NCBI GenBank assembly: GCA_951406725.2
Contig: OX597832.1
Span: 38,998,001 to 39,062,000, forward strand
Reading direction: 5' to 3'
Length of the DNA stretch: 64,000 nucleotides
Origin: Octopus vulgaris
Taxonomy: Eukaryota
In this document: piece after piece, positions 1 to 13,618 of the stretch
How positions within the stretch are numbered: position 1 is the stretch's first letter
Layout: every line of letters starts with the position of its first letter
Made by a program: the position numbers and the translations under genes
The notes under the pieces: generated by a model
The model's database searches: none
Seen by the model: only the letters and a program-made list of their open reading frames with translations
Told to the model about the DNA's origin: nothing

Positions 1-858
1 AATCGAACTCGTATGTAAGATTCCGCCTTTATTTTCTCTTTCACATGTGCGTGTCGTACCGTATCTAGATTATTTCATTTTCTTTATGTACTGTGATGAA
101 AAGTTTGGTTTGGCACATTTTTCGCAGCCGAAATTCGTATTTATTTCTTTGGTAAGTTCATGTGCCATGTATACATTGTGTTATAAATTACACCTTGTAA
201 ATATTGAGTTAAAACCACCTTTAGCTAGAAAATACCGGAGACTGCCCAAAAGGGTTTTTGAACCCTATATCTACATGTTATTTTTGTAGCGCTTCGAGAC
301 CCACTTCTCAAATACAAAAACATTTCACGTTCTCTAGAGATTCTTATGATGTCATATATATATTTATATATATATATATATACGTGTATATTCACATATA
401 TACACATAAATACATAGATACATGCATATGTATGTATAAATACATATATATATATGTATGTATGTATGTAATTGATATGCATACATATACACATGCAAAC
501 ATACATGATGCATTTGGGTGCAGAAATATGAAAATTACCAGTAATGAACGCATTCAACAGGAATTGGTTTAATCAGGCGCAGCTAATGATTCACTCCATC
601 CCTACTACAGGTTTCTATGATGGCATATTTACATTCGGTCTGTCTGTTTGTCGCCCACCACTCGCCAAAGTTTTAATGTACAGACACACATACATACATA
701 TACATGTATGTTTGTACATGTGTATGTGTTTATGCCTGTACGTGTATGTATATGGCTGTGGTTCTGTGAATGTGTGTGCATGTCTGTGTATGTTATTTGA
801 CATGCTAACATATACACCTACGCCTATAGGTATGCTTATATATGCTAATATACCTTTA

Positions 859-877
859 TGTGTGTGTGTGTATGTGT

Positions 878-946
<69 letters not shown>

Positions 947-978
947 TGTGTATGTGTGTCTGTGTGTGTGTGTGTGTG
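859..978. repeat. (TG)n microsatellite, representative of dozens of (TA)n/(TG)n/(TATG)n/(TAGA)n/(AG)n tracts
   Basis: Direct reading; these tracts generate the [16 protein letters not shown] ORFs in the track. Confidence 0.98.
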
Positions 979-1486
979 TTTAAACTCAGACGCATGCAAA
1001 CACGCACGAATACAAGGAAAAATAGAAGAAAAAAAGCGAAATTTTGACAGAAATTTCTAAATGTTGATGTTATGTAATTAGATTTGAGTAAATTTATATA
1101 TTTTAGACATATAAGCCATTTGTGTTCTTTCTTTTCGTCTCGTTGATATTTCTGTGGACCTAATGATCAAAATAAACACCAATACTGACGTCACTCGTCC
1201 TAATCACATTCCTATTACTCAACTTACTCTGTACTAACTATATTTTAGGCTATGGTTACACTGTTTTTTTTTTGTTAGTCTTGTTATGGCGATGATGATA
1301 GTGATGATACTGTAGCTTACTTTCTAGCACGTATGTATGTATGTGTGTGTGTGTGTTGTGTGTGTGTGTGTGTGTATGTGTGAGTGTGTGTGTGTGAGTG
1401 TGTATGTGTGTGTGTGTGAGTGTGTGTGCGTTTGTGTTTGTGTGTGTCTGTGTGTGTGAGAGAGAGAGAGAGAGAGTGTGTGTGTG

Positions 1487-1517
<31 letters not shown>

Positions 1518-1539
1518 ATGTGTGTGTGTGTACGTGTGT

Positions 1540-1574
<35 letters not shown>

Positions 1575-2124
1575 TTTCTGGTTGTTCCTTTTGACTTTTT
1601 TAATGGCTGATTTTATTCTTTCGTTTTCTAATATTTACAAAATAAAGTTTTTCTTGTTTTATTTTTTTAAAAGTAGATAACTTTATTTATATAGAAATAT
1701 ATTTTATTTTTTCAAACGTAAATAAACGCGTGGTGAAAGACTTATAATTATATTGCCTTGTCTTCAATGAGGTTTTGGAGAAAGAAGAAAAAATAAAAGA
1801 GAAGAAAAATATTTTAAAAGATGGCGTTATTAAATTATGCAGTCGTATGTTATGGGCGTGAATTGAAGGAGCATCAACTTATTAGAAACAGCAGCCAAGT
1901 CTCCTTCAACCTGAATTACACTGTTATAAACAAAGAATGGCCCGTTCGATAATATAGTCTTGAACTGCTCGCAAAAAAGACTGGATGTTCATGGTTGGTA
2001 TACCTTTCGTTACATGTCTACGTTCAGACGTTGCTAAGGAACAATGAAAACTATCCATTCGTTAAGATATTCTTAAAGATACGTTGGAGAACTCGTCCCT
2101 CTCTGGAGATCGCCTGCCTGTTTC

Positions 2125-2790
2125 CCCCATTATAAGGGGAAGTCGCTTGTGTTTTGCAGGACATTGCTAGTGACCTAAACAAGAGCTGGCAAGTGACCTA
2201 ATTCTTTCCTACCTACAAGGGGCTAAACACAGAGAGAACAAACAAGGACAGACAAACGGATTAAGTCGATCATATCAACCCTAGTGCGTAACTGGCACTT
2301 ATTTAATCGACCCCGAAAGGACGAAAGGCAAAGTCGACCTCGGCGGAATTTGAACTCAGAACGTAGCAGCAGACGAAATACCTATTTCTTTATTACCCAC
2401 AAGGGGCTAAACACAGAGGGGACAAACAAGGACAGACATAGGTATTAAGCCGATTACATCGACCCCAGTGCGTGACTGGTACTTAATTTATCGACCCTGA
2501 AAGGATGAAAGGCAAAGTCGACCTTGGCGGAATTTGAACTCAGAACGTAGCGGCAGACGAAATACCGCTAAGCATTTCGCCCGACGTGCTAACGATTCTA
2601 CCAGCTCGCTGCTGGCAAGTGACCTGCTGTTATGGATGCCAAAGCATGGCCACCAAAACAAAACGTGTGTAGATCAACTTACCATAGACAATAGATGCCT
2701 CCCCCCAGGAACTCCCTCAACTAACGCAGGACCAAGATGGATGGCGTGTGTATGTTAAAAATGTCCGAGCAAGCTCGACCAGATAATGGT
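2125..2790 (+). pseudogene. RTE-type LINE 3' remnant split by a SINE insertion
   Basis: Joining across the insert gives ..CFAGHC*..KQELASD/LLLWMPKHGH, similar to the C-terminus at 16490-16727 (FAGHC..LLLWKP). Confidence 0.65.
2200..2610 (-). mobile_element. SINE family 2 (GCCTTTCATCCTTTCGGGGTCGATAAATTAAGTACCAG core, Meta-domain-like), tandem dimer with target-site duplication
   Basis: Two head-to-tail units (about 2211-2380 and 2381-2610), flanked by direct repeat GCTGGCAAGTGACCT at 2185-2199 and 2611-2625. Confidence 0.88.
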
Positions 2791-3629
2791 GCTGGTTTCT
2801 TAATCTCTTTTCTATCACTATTGTTGATGATGTTGTTGTTGTTATTACTAATGCGTTTTGTGGAGATCACGTGGTGCATATCCATATCTTACCCATCGAC
2901 AAAATGCAACGCTATTAAAATAACGCAAACTGCTTACTCGATTGATTCGCCCATTTACAAATTTCCAAAGAATTGAAATGAATTAGAAAGAAACCGATAT
3001 AAGATGTTTAGACTAGCTTAAATAACACTAATGATCATCTGGTAGTGCCACCTGGAGAGCAGTTCCAAGGACTGATGTTGCTGAGGACCAAAACTCTTGA
3101 GTGGAAGAAGATGAGTACGTCTTTTTTCTTTTGAGAATTGTAACTGTATTCAATTGTAATATATTCTTCCAACTATAAGATTTTCAGAGAATAATTTTCT
3201 CTCGAACATTATTTCTCCTAAGTTACTCTATTCAACCAAAATATCCTAATAAATTATACAATACACATCTTTGACTTTGTACAACATATATCTAACATAT
3301 TTGTACAAATTTTGAGCTCATTGGTCATGAGAGTTAAGAGATATATTTTGGTGCAAATGCAACCTTTCGCTACACTAAAAGATATTCAGAGACTTCACAA
3401 AATAAACTAAATAAATACACTATCCAGATATATCAGGATGAAAGACTCCTGTTATCATGAAACGCAACATTCACACACACACATGCATGCATGCACAGGA
3501 AAACGAATATATACACACATGGGAAGACACAAACTTGTCAGTATATTACTCTCTTTATACCACTTAAAGTTTTTTTTCCATTTTCAATTCTCCATGACCG
3601 CCATGGCAGATAAAATGTTAACACAAAAA

Positions 3630-4650
3630 TGTAAAGATATGCAATCATTGATGCCAAAAGTGCGGAACACAGCAATTTAGAAATTGCCAACTTTCTGAAT
3701 ATTGCAAAATCTTTTGTACACCAAGTACGGATGGGATTAGACGGCTCTGGTGAGAATGTTTTAACTATATCAAAGAGAAAAAATTTCCAGGTGTTCGAAC
3801 ATTATAAGGACACTGCCAATCAGCCTTGCGATCCGAACATTATCGATGACGATCCCTGAAAATTAATGAGGGCTTTCGCATAGAACTTCAGATAGCGGAG
3901 TGGATTATCAGAACTTAGTAGAACTTGGACATTCTATACAAGTCGTACATGCTGAGAAGTAGCTAGTTTATATATGCAAAGACACAGAAAAACCGTTTAA
4001 TCCCTCCTAACTTTAGCTTAACACGAGATAAAGTTTAAAAACTTCACAAATATGACATGCGTCTGTCCTTTTCTTATACGAAAAGGCTTTAAGTAAGATT
4101 AAATGTCTAATAGGAAAAGTGACAGAGGTTATGTGAAGACATTTCTATTGCTCCAGAGTGTTGCATACTAGGTTTCCAGCAGTTGTAATGGTTTTAGAGG
4201 TGGTTAGTAAAGAAGGTCATGTCATGCCTCCTCACATTTTTCCACAGAGTATGAGACTTGATGATGCTGAATAGACCGAGGCGCTGAAGGATGCTGTAAA
4301 CTCACGGAAGCGAAGAGCAGAAGACTAAAAAGCTTTACAATCAAGTAAGACCTCAAACTCGCCAGATTAAAATCCCAACGACTTAATACATCTGGAGCAT
4401 TACTGGGTGGCTAATCGACATTCTCGCAAATACCATAAATTCACAGAAGACAGCCATTGTTCAGGTAGTCGAAAATGAATAAGGACTTTTTAGTGCAACG
4501 ATCCGGTTCCCACATTGAAGCAATCATCGTGGAGGAAGATAGATTCATAGATTAATATTATGAGAAAGCTTATCGAGGAAACGTGTACATATTTTTATTA
4601 AAATACATTTGTTTTTTGCTAGATTTGAATTGTTTAATTAAATTACCATA
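3630..4650 (+). mobile_element. Old degraded Tc1/mariner DD37D (maT)-like transposon
   Basis: 4155-4260 translates RVLHTRFPAVVMVLEVVSKEGHVMPPHIFPQSMRL, homologous to KHPVNIMVFRVVTSDGDVMPPFIFPHGLRL at about 19270; SNSPD*NP motif near 4353. Ends approximate. Confidence 0.75.
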
Positions 4651-4738
4651 TATGTACTCAAATACCTCACGCAAGCTATACACACAGAGAAAGAAAAACG
4701 TATGCACCTATATAAATTTATGTGCGAACATATGTGCG

Positions 4739-4798
<60 letters not shown>

Positions 4799-5719
4799 TA
4801 TACATATATATATACTTATGCACACATATACCAACACACACAGGCATATGTATGAATGATTATATTATACAAAAATAGAAAGAGCACGGAAAAGAACTAT
4901 GTAACTGTATGATTCAGTATAACTGCATCTTGTGGATGCCTATTAATACATTTCTAAAATGTATGTATGTGTGTGTGTGTGTGCCAGTGTGTGTATGTGT
5001 TTGTGTGTGCCTCTGTGTGCGTGTGTGTAATGTGCGTAATTACATTTTCCTTTTAGAGAAAATATGTGTGAAGAAATGGCGAATTGAATTTTACATAAAA
5101 TGAGAAAGCCATTACATTGCTAATATTTAATAAAACAAATTATATTTCTTTTACATTTGAGATTTCGAGCAGAATACTCAGTATCAAAAATAGACTTGTG
5201 TTTAGAGCAGTTTTGAAATGTTCACACATATTTAAAACGAGCTCTGTGTGTGACACGACGGGGTTCATCATAAACTAAGTATCATCGAATATGTTTTTGG
5301 TTCGCCAGCTTTATTGGCGAAATGGTAAATGAACCACTGTTCTCCGGAATTAGTGTTAGCTATTATAACAAGCTATAGAATGAAATTCACCGTTGATCTA
5401 AATATATTTATTTATTCTCTTGCAATCAGTTTTATCAGCTTACAGATACAAATTAGAGTTCAGATGTAACCTGTGAAATTAATATTCATGGCTGTTATAT
5501 ATTTTTCCAGAAAATATTATATGCGTAAAGTTATTTCCTTGCGTAAGAGAATATTTCTGGGCGGCATTGTCAATGTTAAATTGCACTAAAAGGACGAAGT
5601 CGTTACAGTGCGAATACTTATAAAATGTTTAATATTCGTGCAAAATACCCGTTTCTAAACTATACACCAGCACACGCACACATATATGTATGCATGTATA
5701 TATGTATGCGTGTGTGTAT

Positions 5720-5794
<75 letters not shown>

Positions 5795-6076
5795 CATAAA
5801 TGTATGTATACATGTGAATGTGTGTTTGCGTTTGTGCGTGTGAGTTTGATTCCCAGTCGTGCGTTGTATACTTGAGCGAGACACTTTATTTCCTGTTGCT
5901 CTGCTACCATATGTAGCGCTTGTATTTCAAAGGACGAGCATGACGCATTCTGTGTCATAGCAAATCTCCCACGGAACGCCTGCCACGCTTCCCCCTTCTT
6001 CGAATCAACTGTCGTCGTAAAGTCGTATCTGATGGAGTGCCAGTGATATGTATATATATATATATGTATATATATG

Positions 6077-6119
<43 letters not shown>

Positions 6120-6122
<3 letters not shown>

Positions 6123-6324
6123 GTTAATCCAAACAAGAAAGCACAAAAAACACAACAACGCGAGGACGTGGAACAAATATAGTATTATTGTTGGACGCTC
6201 AGGAAAGAATGAAAGAAGGAGGGTTTAACGTTTCGAGCGGAGCTCTTCGTCGGAAACATAGGAGAAGGAAAGATCCAGAGAAGGGAAGACAGAGGAAAAA
6301 AAATCGCCAACGGTACACACACGG

Positions 6325-6326
<2 letters not shown>
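6120..6326 (-). mobile_element. PLE-terminus-like mini element, family B, between (TA)n tracts
   Basis: Close reverse-complement match to 63897-64000; carries a hammerhead fold. Confidence 0.7.
6223..6257 (-). ncRNA. Minimal type I hammerhead-like motif (U4C core)
   Basis: Minus strand GTTT-CCGACGA-A-GAGC(TCC)GCTC-GAAAC-GTT-AAAC: stem I GTTT/AAAC, 4-bp stem II, palindromic ACGT stem III, GUU triplet. Confidence 0.7.
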
Positions 6327-6385
<59 letters not shown>

Positions 6386-6420
6386 GTCTGGATAGAATTG
6401 ACATATCGGTTCCATTCTAG

Positions 6421-6470
6421 CAAAAACTGTCCGATGAACGGCAACGGAAAACTCAGAGTAACAGGTTTTG
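6421..6470 (+). ncRNA. Type I hammerhead-like motif, family C (U4C core)
   Basis: CAAAAACTGT-CCGATGA-A-CG(GCAA)CG-GAAAACTCAGAGTA-ACAGGTTTTG; same family as 33632-33681. Confidence 0.6.
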
Positions 6471-6496
6471 TTGAATTTTGTGCTGGTTTAAATAAA

Positions 6497-6553
<57 letters not shown>

Positions 6554-6577
6554 TATATACATATATATACATATATT

Positions 6578-6635
<58 letters not shown>

Positions 6636-7023
6636 CATATATACATATATATATATGTATATATCATATACATATATATATATGGATCATCTCGTGTGAG
6701 ACAGATTTATAAGCATTTGCCTGACCATGTAGTACTATATACTTTCTCCGTTCTCGCCCTTTAGATCGCTCGCCGAATTATCGCGCCATGTTCTACGCAT
6801 CAAGGTTTTCCTGGATGCTTTCTTTTATGAACTGGGGTATACAAATACATATGACGAGTGAGGTATTTACTTATCCTTCTTGCTATGCCAGAGATTGCCT
6901 CCCCCCCACCCCAGCATGAAGAATTGATACGGCTTTGAATTGATTGATGATGCAAAAGATCTGTTCTTTGGGAATATCCACTTCCGTCAGCTATCATCCA
7001 CTTATCACTGATCTTCGGAGTAA

Positions 7024-7024
<1 letters not shown>

Positions 7025-7099
<75 letters not shown>

Positions 7100-7100
7100 C

Positions 7101-7166
<66 letters not shown>

Positions 7167-7201
7167 AATGATAATAGTAATAATAATGATAATAATAATA
7201 A

Positions 7202-7245
<44 letters not shown>

Positions 7246-7418
7246 AGAAGGGGAAGAAGAAGAAGGGGAAGAAGAAGAAGAAGAAGAAGAAGAAGAAGAA
7301 GAAGAAGAGAAGAAGGGGAAGAAGAAGAAGAAGAAGAAGAAGAAGAAGAGGAGAAGAAGAAGAAGAAGAAGAAGAAGAAGAAGAAGAAGAAGAAGAAGAA
7401 GAAGAAGAAGAAGAAGAG
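7025..7418. repeat. Compound (AGT)n-(AAT)n-(AAG)n microsatellite
   Basis: Direct reading. Confidence 0.97.
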
Positions 7419-7601
7419 TAGAGAAGGGACAGTTCTCAAAACCGAAATAGACAAAATCATGCAAAATCAACCAATAAAATAAACAATATACTCTACGTTT
7501 CGGATCCCCAATTCACACACAACACGTAATACAAGTGATGTAGTAGAGATTCGCCTGAAGCTATCACATGTCGAATAATGGTAATGGTGAATATGGCAGT
7601 G

Positions 7602-7683
<82 letters not shown>

Positions 7684-7707
7684 TAATAATAATAACAATA
7701 ATAAAAA

Positions 7708-8082
7708 TGACGATATGCGCATCTCTGATCACGAGCAGAAGTAGTGGGGGAGCATCATAGCCATGTGTTGAGAGGGATTCTTTGGGGTTTGAATAATTCA
7801 CCTCTGGAAACATGGGTGGTCCTTTCAACATCCTTAAGCAGCCCTTATTCAGGGACCTTTTGAGCGGGATGGGTTACTCGACCAGAAGAAAAAATTCTAA
7901 CTGGGCTCCACCTGCAAGGTCATGTGCTGTTTATCTTGATATGAGATCACCATGTCGTGCACATATGGTTGTGATGCATGTGCCTGGTGTACCTTTATCA
8001 GACGGGTAGTCATGATGGGTATATTGGGCTTCGTATATTTTACCCCAGTGTCACTTTGATGGCATGAACTGCTCACTCACTC
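7708..8082 (+). mobile_element. (AAT)n-anchored non-coding retro-element, 5'-truncated copy
   Basis: Near-identical to 8418-8790; flanked by (AAT)n on both sides; 3' end ..GCTCACTCACTC-(AAT)n. Confidence 0.85.
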
Positions 8083-8140
<58 letters not shown>

Positions 8141-8327
8141 GTTTAAATGTATTGTTGTATTACATGGAGATATTTCGCTACTGCCCCTGCCACTTGCCGT
8201 CCCCAAGCGTTCAGTCATACTGTAATATCTCCTATTCTTCACTCGCCCTAGGACGCTGGATGTGTCTCTCGGCTAGTGATTGTAACGAACGTGCAAATTA
8301 AAAGTAAATAATAATAATAATAATAAC

Positions 8328-8368
<41 letters not shown>

Positions 8369-8370
<2 letters not shown>

Positions 8371-8790
8371 CTTGTCAGTTGTTTGACCTTAACCAGTTGA
8401 GCATGTCCCTTAGTGGCTGACGATATGTGCATCTCTGATCACGAGCAGAAGTAGTGGGGGAGCATCATAGCCATGTGTTGAGAGGGATTCTTTGGGGTTT
8501 GAATAGTTCACCTCTGGAAACATGGGTGGTTCTTTCAACATCCTTAAACAATCCTTATTCAGGGACCTTTTGAGCGGGATGGGCTACTCAACCTGAAGAA
8601 AATTCTAACTGGGCCCCACCTGCAATGTCATGTGCTGTTTATCTTGATATGAGATCACCATGTCGCGCACATATGGTTGTGATGCATGTGCCTGGTGTAC
8701 CTTTATCAGACGGGTAGTCATGATGGGTATATTGGGCTTCGTATATTTTACCCCAGTGTCACTTTGATGGCATGCACTGCTCTCTCACTC
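8369..8790 (+). mobile_element. (AAT)n-anchored non-coding retro-element
   Basis: Same family as 7708, 30729 and 52407; same 3' junction into (AAT)n. Confidence 0.85.
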
Positions 8791-8824
<34 letters not shown>

Positions 8825-8828
8825 TTAA

Positions 8829-8881
<53 letters not shown>

Positions 8882-8884
8882 ATG

Positions 8885-8956
<72 letters not shown>

Positions 8957-8957
<1 letters not shown>

Positions 8958-9372
8958 CCACGCAAGGAAATTGTATACGTTCCTTGCGGAAAACAATCTT
9001 CTGCCAGTAGAACAAAAATGATGCCGAAATAGATCCAAGGGCATTAAGGACCACCTTTTGAGAGACAAGGTTATAATGAAGAACTGTAAACGGTACCAAA
9101 AAAACTTATGCATGACCGAGATAGACTTCAGAAACGCTTACGACATGTTGCCGCATTCGTGGATTTTGGAAACACTCGACATGTGTGGAATAGCTGAGAA
9201 CATGTGTGCACTGATTAAGAACAGCATGTCTAGTTGGAAAACGCGTCGTTCCTGCAACAACCAGCTTTTAGCCGAGGTATCAATCAAAAGAGGTATCTTC
9301 CAAGGAGCCACTGGTTCACCTCTATTATTTGTTATAGCCTTGATCTCACTTTCTGTAGTCCTACGTAAAATG
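8957..9372 (+). pseudogene. R4/Dong-clade non-LTR reverse transcriptase fragment
   Basis: LPVEQK*CRNRSKGIKDHLL..KNL..IDFRNAYDMLPHSWI..RGIFQG..SPLLF, matching R4/Dong RT motifs; starts at an (AAT)n tract. Confidence 0.85.
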
Positions 9373-9374
9373 TT

Positions 9375-9672
9375 TCCTAGTTTCAGGGCAGAAAGCCTTT
9401 AAGTGATTTACAGATCCACATTTGTGGCATCTTGGGTTTCTATCCTTCGCAAACACTGACAGGTGAGTGCCATCAGGGAAATCGATTAGATCGGGCAGCT
9501 GGTCGATATGGTCCTGCTTGCATTTGCAAGATCAGTTCCATACCTATTCCGAACCAGTTTTGCTTAGGCAGTTTCTTGACCTCCAATATTGTGATTTAGT
9601 ATTCTTCTAAACCTGCCAAGACGGCCGCCATTAACCTGGTAAGGGATATTTCTGGCGGCACATTCGACACCC
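9375..9672 (-). pseudogene. Tx1/L1-like ORF1 (gag-like) fragment with CCHC zinc knuckle
   Basis: Manual translation RVSNVPPEIS..*..NWFGIGMELILQ, frameshift, then LPDLIDFPDGTHLSVFAKDRNPRCHKCGSVNHLKAFC (CX2CX4HX4C at 9388-9429). Confidence 0.8.
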
Positions 9673-9675
9673 TAA

Positions 9676-9803
9676 TCTCGGCAAATTTTGTGAGGAGGGG
9701 GACAGTCGATCGTAGTCGATGACAGTGCTCAATTGGTACTTAATTTGTCGACCGTGAAAGGACGAAAGGCAAAGTTGGTCACGGCGAAACTTGAACTCAG
9801 AAT
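9676..9803 (-). mobile_element. SINE family 2 fragment
   Basis: TGGTACTTAATTTGTCGACCGTGAAAGGACGAAAGGCAAAG..GAACTCAGAA matches 2477-2545. Confidence 0.8.
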
Positions 9804-9812
9804 CAGAATCAG

Positions 9813-10408
<596 letters not shown>

Positions 10409-10536
10409 TTTTGTACAATTAAAAGAAGGAAACAAAAGTGAAACAATATGAAAACTATAAATGTAAATAATGAGAAAGAAGTTTTTAAAATGCCATTTAT
10501 AAAAGCGCGTTTGGACTGTTTACGTATTTGGGTGAA

Positions 10537-11171
10537 TGTGTGTGTGTGTATTTGCGTGTGTACCTGTGCGTGCATGTGCATTTGTGTGTGCGTGTATTTG
10601 TGTGTGTATTTGCGTGTGTACCTGTGCGTGCATGTGCATTTGTGAGTGCGTGTGTTTGTGTGTGCGTGCATGTGTATATGTGTGTGTGAGCGTGAGCATG
10701 TGCGTGTGTGAGCGTGAGTATGTGTGTATATTTGCGTGTGTACCTGTGCGTGTATGTGCAATTGTGTATTTGTATTTGCGCGTGTGTATGTGTGTGTGCT
10801 TGTGTGTGTGAACGTGAGTGTGTGTGTGTGTGCGTGTGTTTGTGTGTGCGTGCATGTGTATATGTGTGTGTGAGCGTGAGTATGTGTGTGTGAGCGTGAG
10901 TGTGTGTGTGTATTTGCGTGTGTACCTGTGCGTGTATGTGCAATTGTGTATTTGTATTTGCGCGTGTGTATATGTGTGTGCTTGTGTGTGTGTGAACGTG
11001 AGTGTGTGTGTGTGTGTGTGCGTGCATGTATATATGTGTGTGTGCGTGCATGTATATATGTGTGTGTGAGCATGAGTTTGTGTGTGTATTTGCGTGTGTA
11101 CCTGTGCGTGTATGTGCAATTGTGTATTTGTATTTGCGCGTGTGTATGTGTGTGTGCTTGTGTGTGTGAAC

Positions 11172-11222
<51 letters not shown>
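10537..11222. repeat. Higher-order tandem repeat of a complex TG-rich unit (about 180 bp)
   Basis: GTATTTGCGTGTGTACCTGTGCGTGTATGTGCAATTGTGTATTTGTATTTGCGCG recurs near 10727, 10910 and 11086, with shorter versions at 10548 and 10606. Confidence 0.85.
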
Positions 11223-11224
<2 letters not shown>

Positions 11225-11614
11225 GGTGCAAGCGTGTGTGAGCGGGTTGGGGAGAGGTTCATGATTATTTTATGATTTTTACTTCAACTTTTTGAGAAAC
11301 TTGAAACGTTTTGAAGAGAGAAACATTTATTTTTTTTGTTTGTTTCCTCCTATTATTGATTTCTTTTCTTTTTGCTTTTGATTTTTGTTTATTTTTTTTT
11401 GTCTATTTTCTGTTACTTTTCAGCATGGTTAATGCAGTTTTTCCACTGCCGTCATTATAAATTCTTTCATCGAAATAATCTCGGTTGCCCAAACAGTTCC
11501 TAATTATGAAGACGACGAAAAGAATCAGCCATATTTTTATTCCTATTTCTCATTCCCTTTACCTACTTCAACTACTGATTCTGCTGCTACTACTACTACT
11601 ACAACAACTGCTGC

Positions 11615-11654
<40 letters not shown>

Positions 11655-11769
11655 TCTAGTACTGTTGATGCTCGTGGTGATGATGATGATGATGTTTATA
11701 ATATTCAACAGAATGGGTGGGGAGTGTAAACAAGATAAGACTGAAAAATCAAAACCAAACAAAAAATAC

Positions 11770-11820
<51 letters not shown>

Positions 11821-11894
11821 TGTGTGTGTGTATGTACATATATATATATGCATATATATATATATATATATACATATATATATACATACATATT

Positions 11895-11934
<40 letters not shown>

Positions 11935-11999
11935 GGTGTGTGTGTGTATGTACATATATATATATATATATATGCATATATACATATATATATATACAT

Positions 12000-12087
<88 letters not shown>

Positions 12088-12223
12088 TCAAGGTGAGTGG
12101 GGGTGGGTAGGCATGGCGATACTAATAACCTGATGTAGAACTCAATATACGTATCTACGTATGCTTCAGAACGAATCAGAGCCGAATACAGACCGGTAAT
12201 AAGAGCGTCAGACTTGACGTGCC

Positions 12224-12327
12224 ACTTCATGTTTGAGGCTCCGATGAACCAGAAAGTTTTAACTGAGGCCCTCTACTCTGAGTGTACTGCAAGTTATACA
12301 GCGGAAACTCTTGTAAGCTAATGAAGT
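12224..12327 (+). ncRNA. Hammerhead-like fold with expanded stem II (family D)
   Basis: ACTTCAT..GGCT-CCGATGA-[56 nt]-GAAAC(TCTT)GTA-AGCT-AATGAAGT; stems I and III pair, but the base of stem II is weak. Confidence 0.45.
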
Positions 12328-12372
12328 TCAGAAGATAATTGTTTATTATCGTTTACTCGTTTGTCATTTCTT

Positions 12373-12461
<89 letters not shown>

Positions 12462-12485
12462 CCGGACGAGCTCAAAGATAAAATA

Positions 12486-12730
12486 GGCGCAGGAGTGGCT
12501 GTTTGGTAAGTAGCTTGTTTACCAACCACATGGTTCCGGGTTCGGTCCCACTGCGTGGCACCTTGGGTAAGTGTCTTCTACTATAGCCTCGGGCCGACCA
12601 ATGCCTTATGAGTGAAGTTGGTAGACGGAAACTGAAAAGAAGCCCATCTTGGGGTCGATTTGTTCGTCTAAAGGCAGTACTCCAACATGGCCGCAGTCAA
12701 ATGGCGGAAACAAGTAAAAGAGTAAAAGAG
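12486..12730 (+). mobile_element. tRNA-derived SINE family 1, internally deleted
   Basis: GGCGCAGGAGTGGCTG head, B-box-like GGTTCGGTCC, (GTAAAAGA)n tail. Confidence 0.9.
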
Positions 12731-12761
<31 letters not shown>

Positions 12762-12844
12762 TTGAAAGAATTTTATACTTTCATCTATTAAGCAGAAAAT
12801 AATATAAAACATTGTCCATATATCTCATGGTATATATTGATATT

Positions 12845-12887
<43 letters not shown>

Positions 12888-13324
12888 TATCTGCAACATT
12901 TTGAGTAGGTAAACCTGATTTTTGATAGCCATTAGCGATTCTAAAAGTACAAAATACTCAAAAGTACCACATAATTCAAAGTATGAATGTGCAGAGTAAG
13001 ATATTTATTGCATTGAGTACTTTAAAAAATTCCTTTTGCACATGAAGTGTTTCTGTGTTTTCCTGAAGTTAATTTTTGTTATGATACATCGTACAAATTG
13101 ACAAATTCCATGAAAATGGACAATGAAACAGAAGTAGATCCACTAGAAAATTTTATATTATTTTTCTGTTTTCTAAAGAAGACAATATTTTTATTTAACA
13201 TCATTTCCAACTCTGTATTCACATTTAACGCTTTTAACTATAGAAATGTAGAGTTTTCTATACTGCACATGATGTGTTCAGAATATATGTGTATCTTCCT
13301 TCCCTTGTCTTTCACTTTCTTTCC

Positions 13325-13395
<71 letters not shown>

Positions 13396-13505
13396 ACTCT
13401 TTCTGTCTATATATATGTGTGAGTGTGCCAGTGTGGATGTTTGTATATATGTGTGTATGAGCGTATACATTTATAATAATAGACACACGTGCATATCTAT
13501 GCTTA

Positions 13506-13564
<59 letters not shown>

Positions 13565-13568
13565 TGTG

Positions 13569-13618
<50 letters not shown>

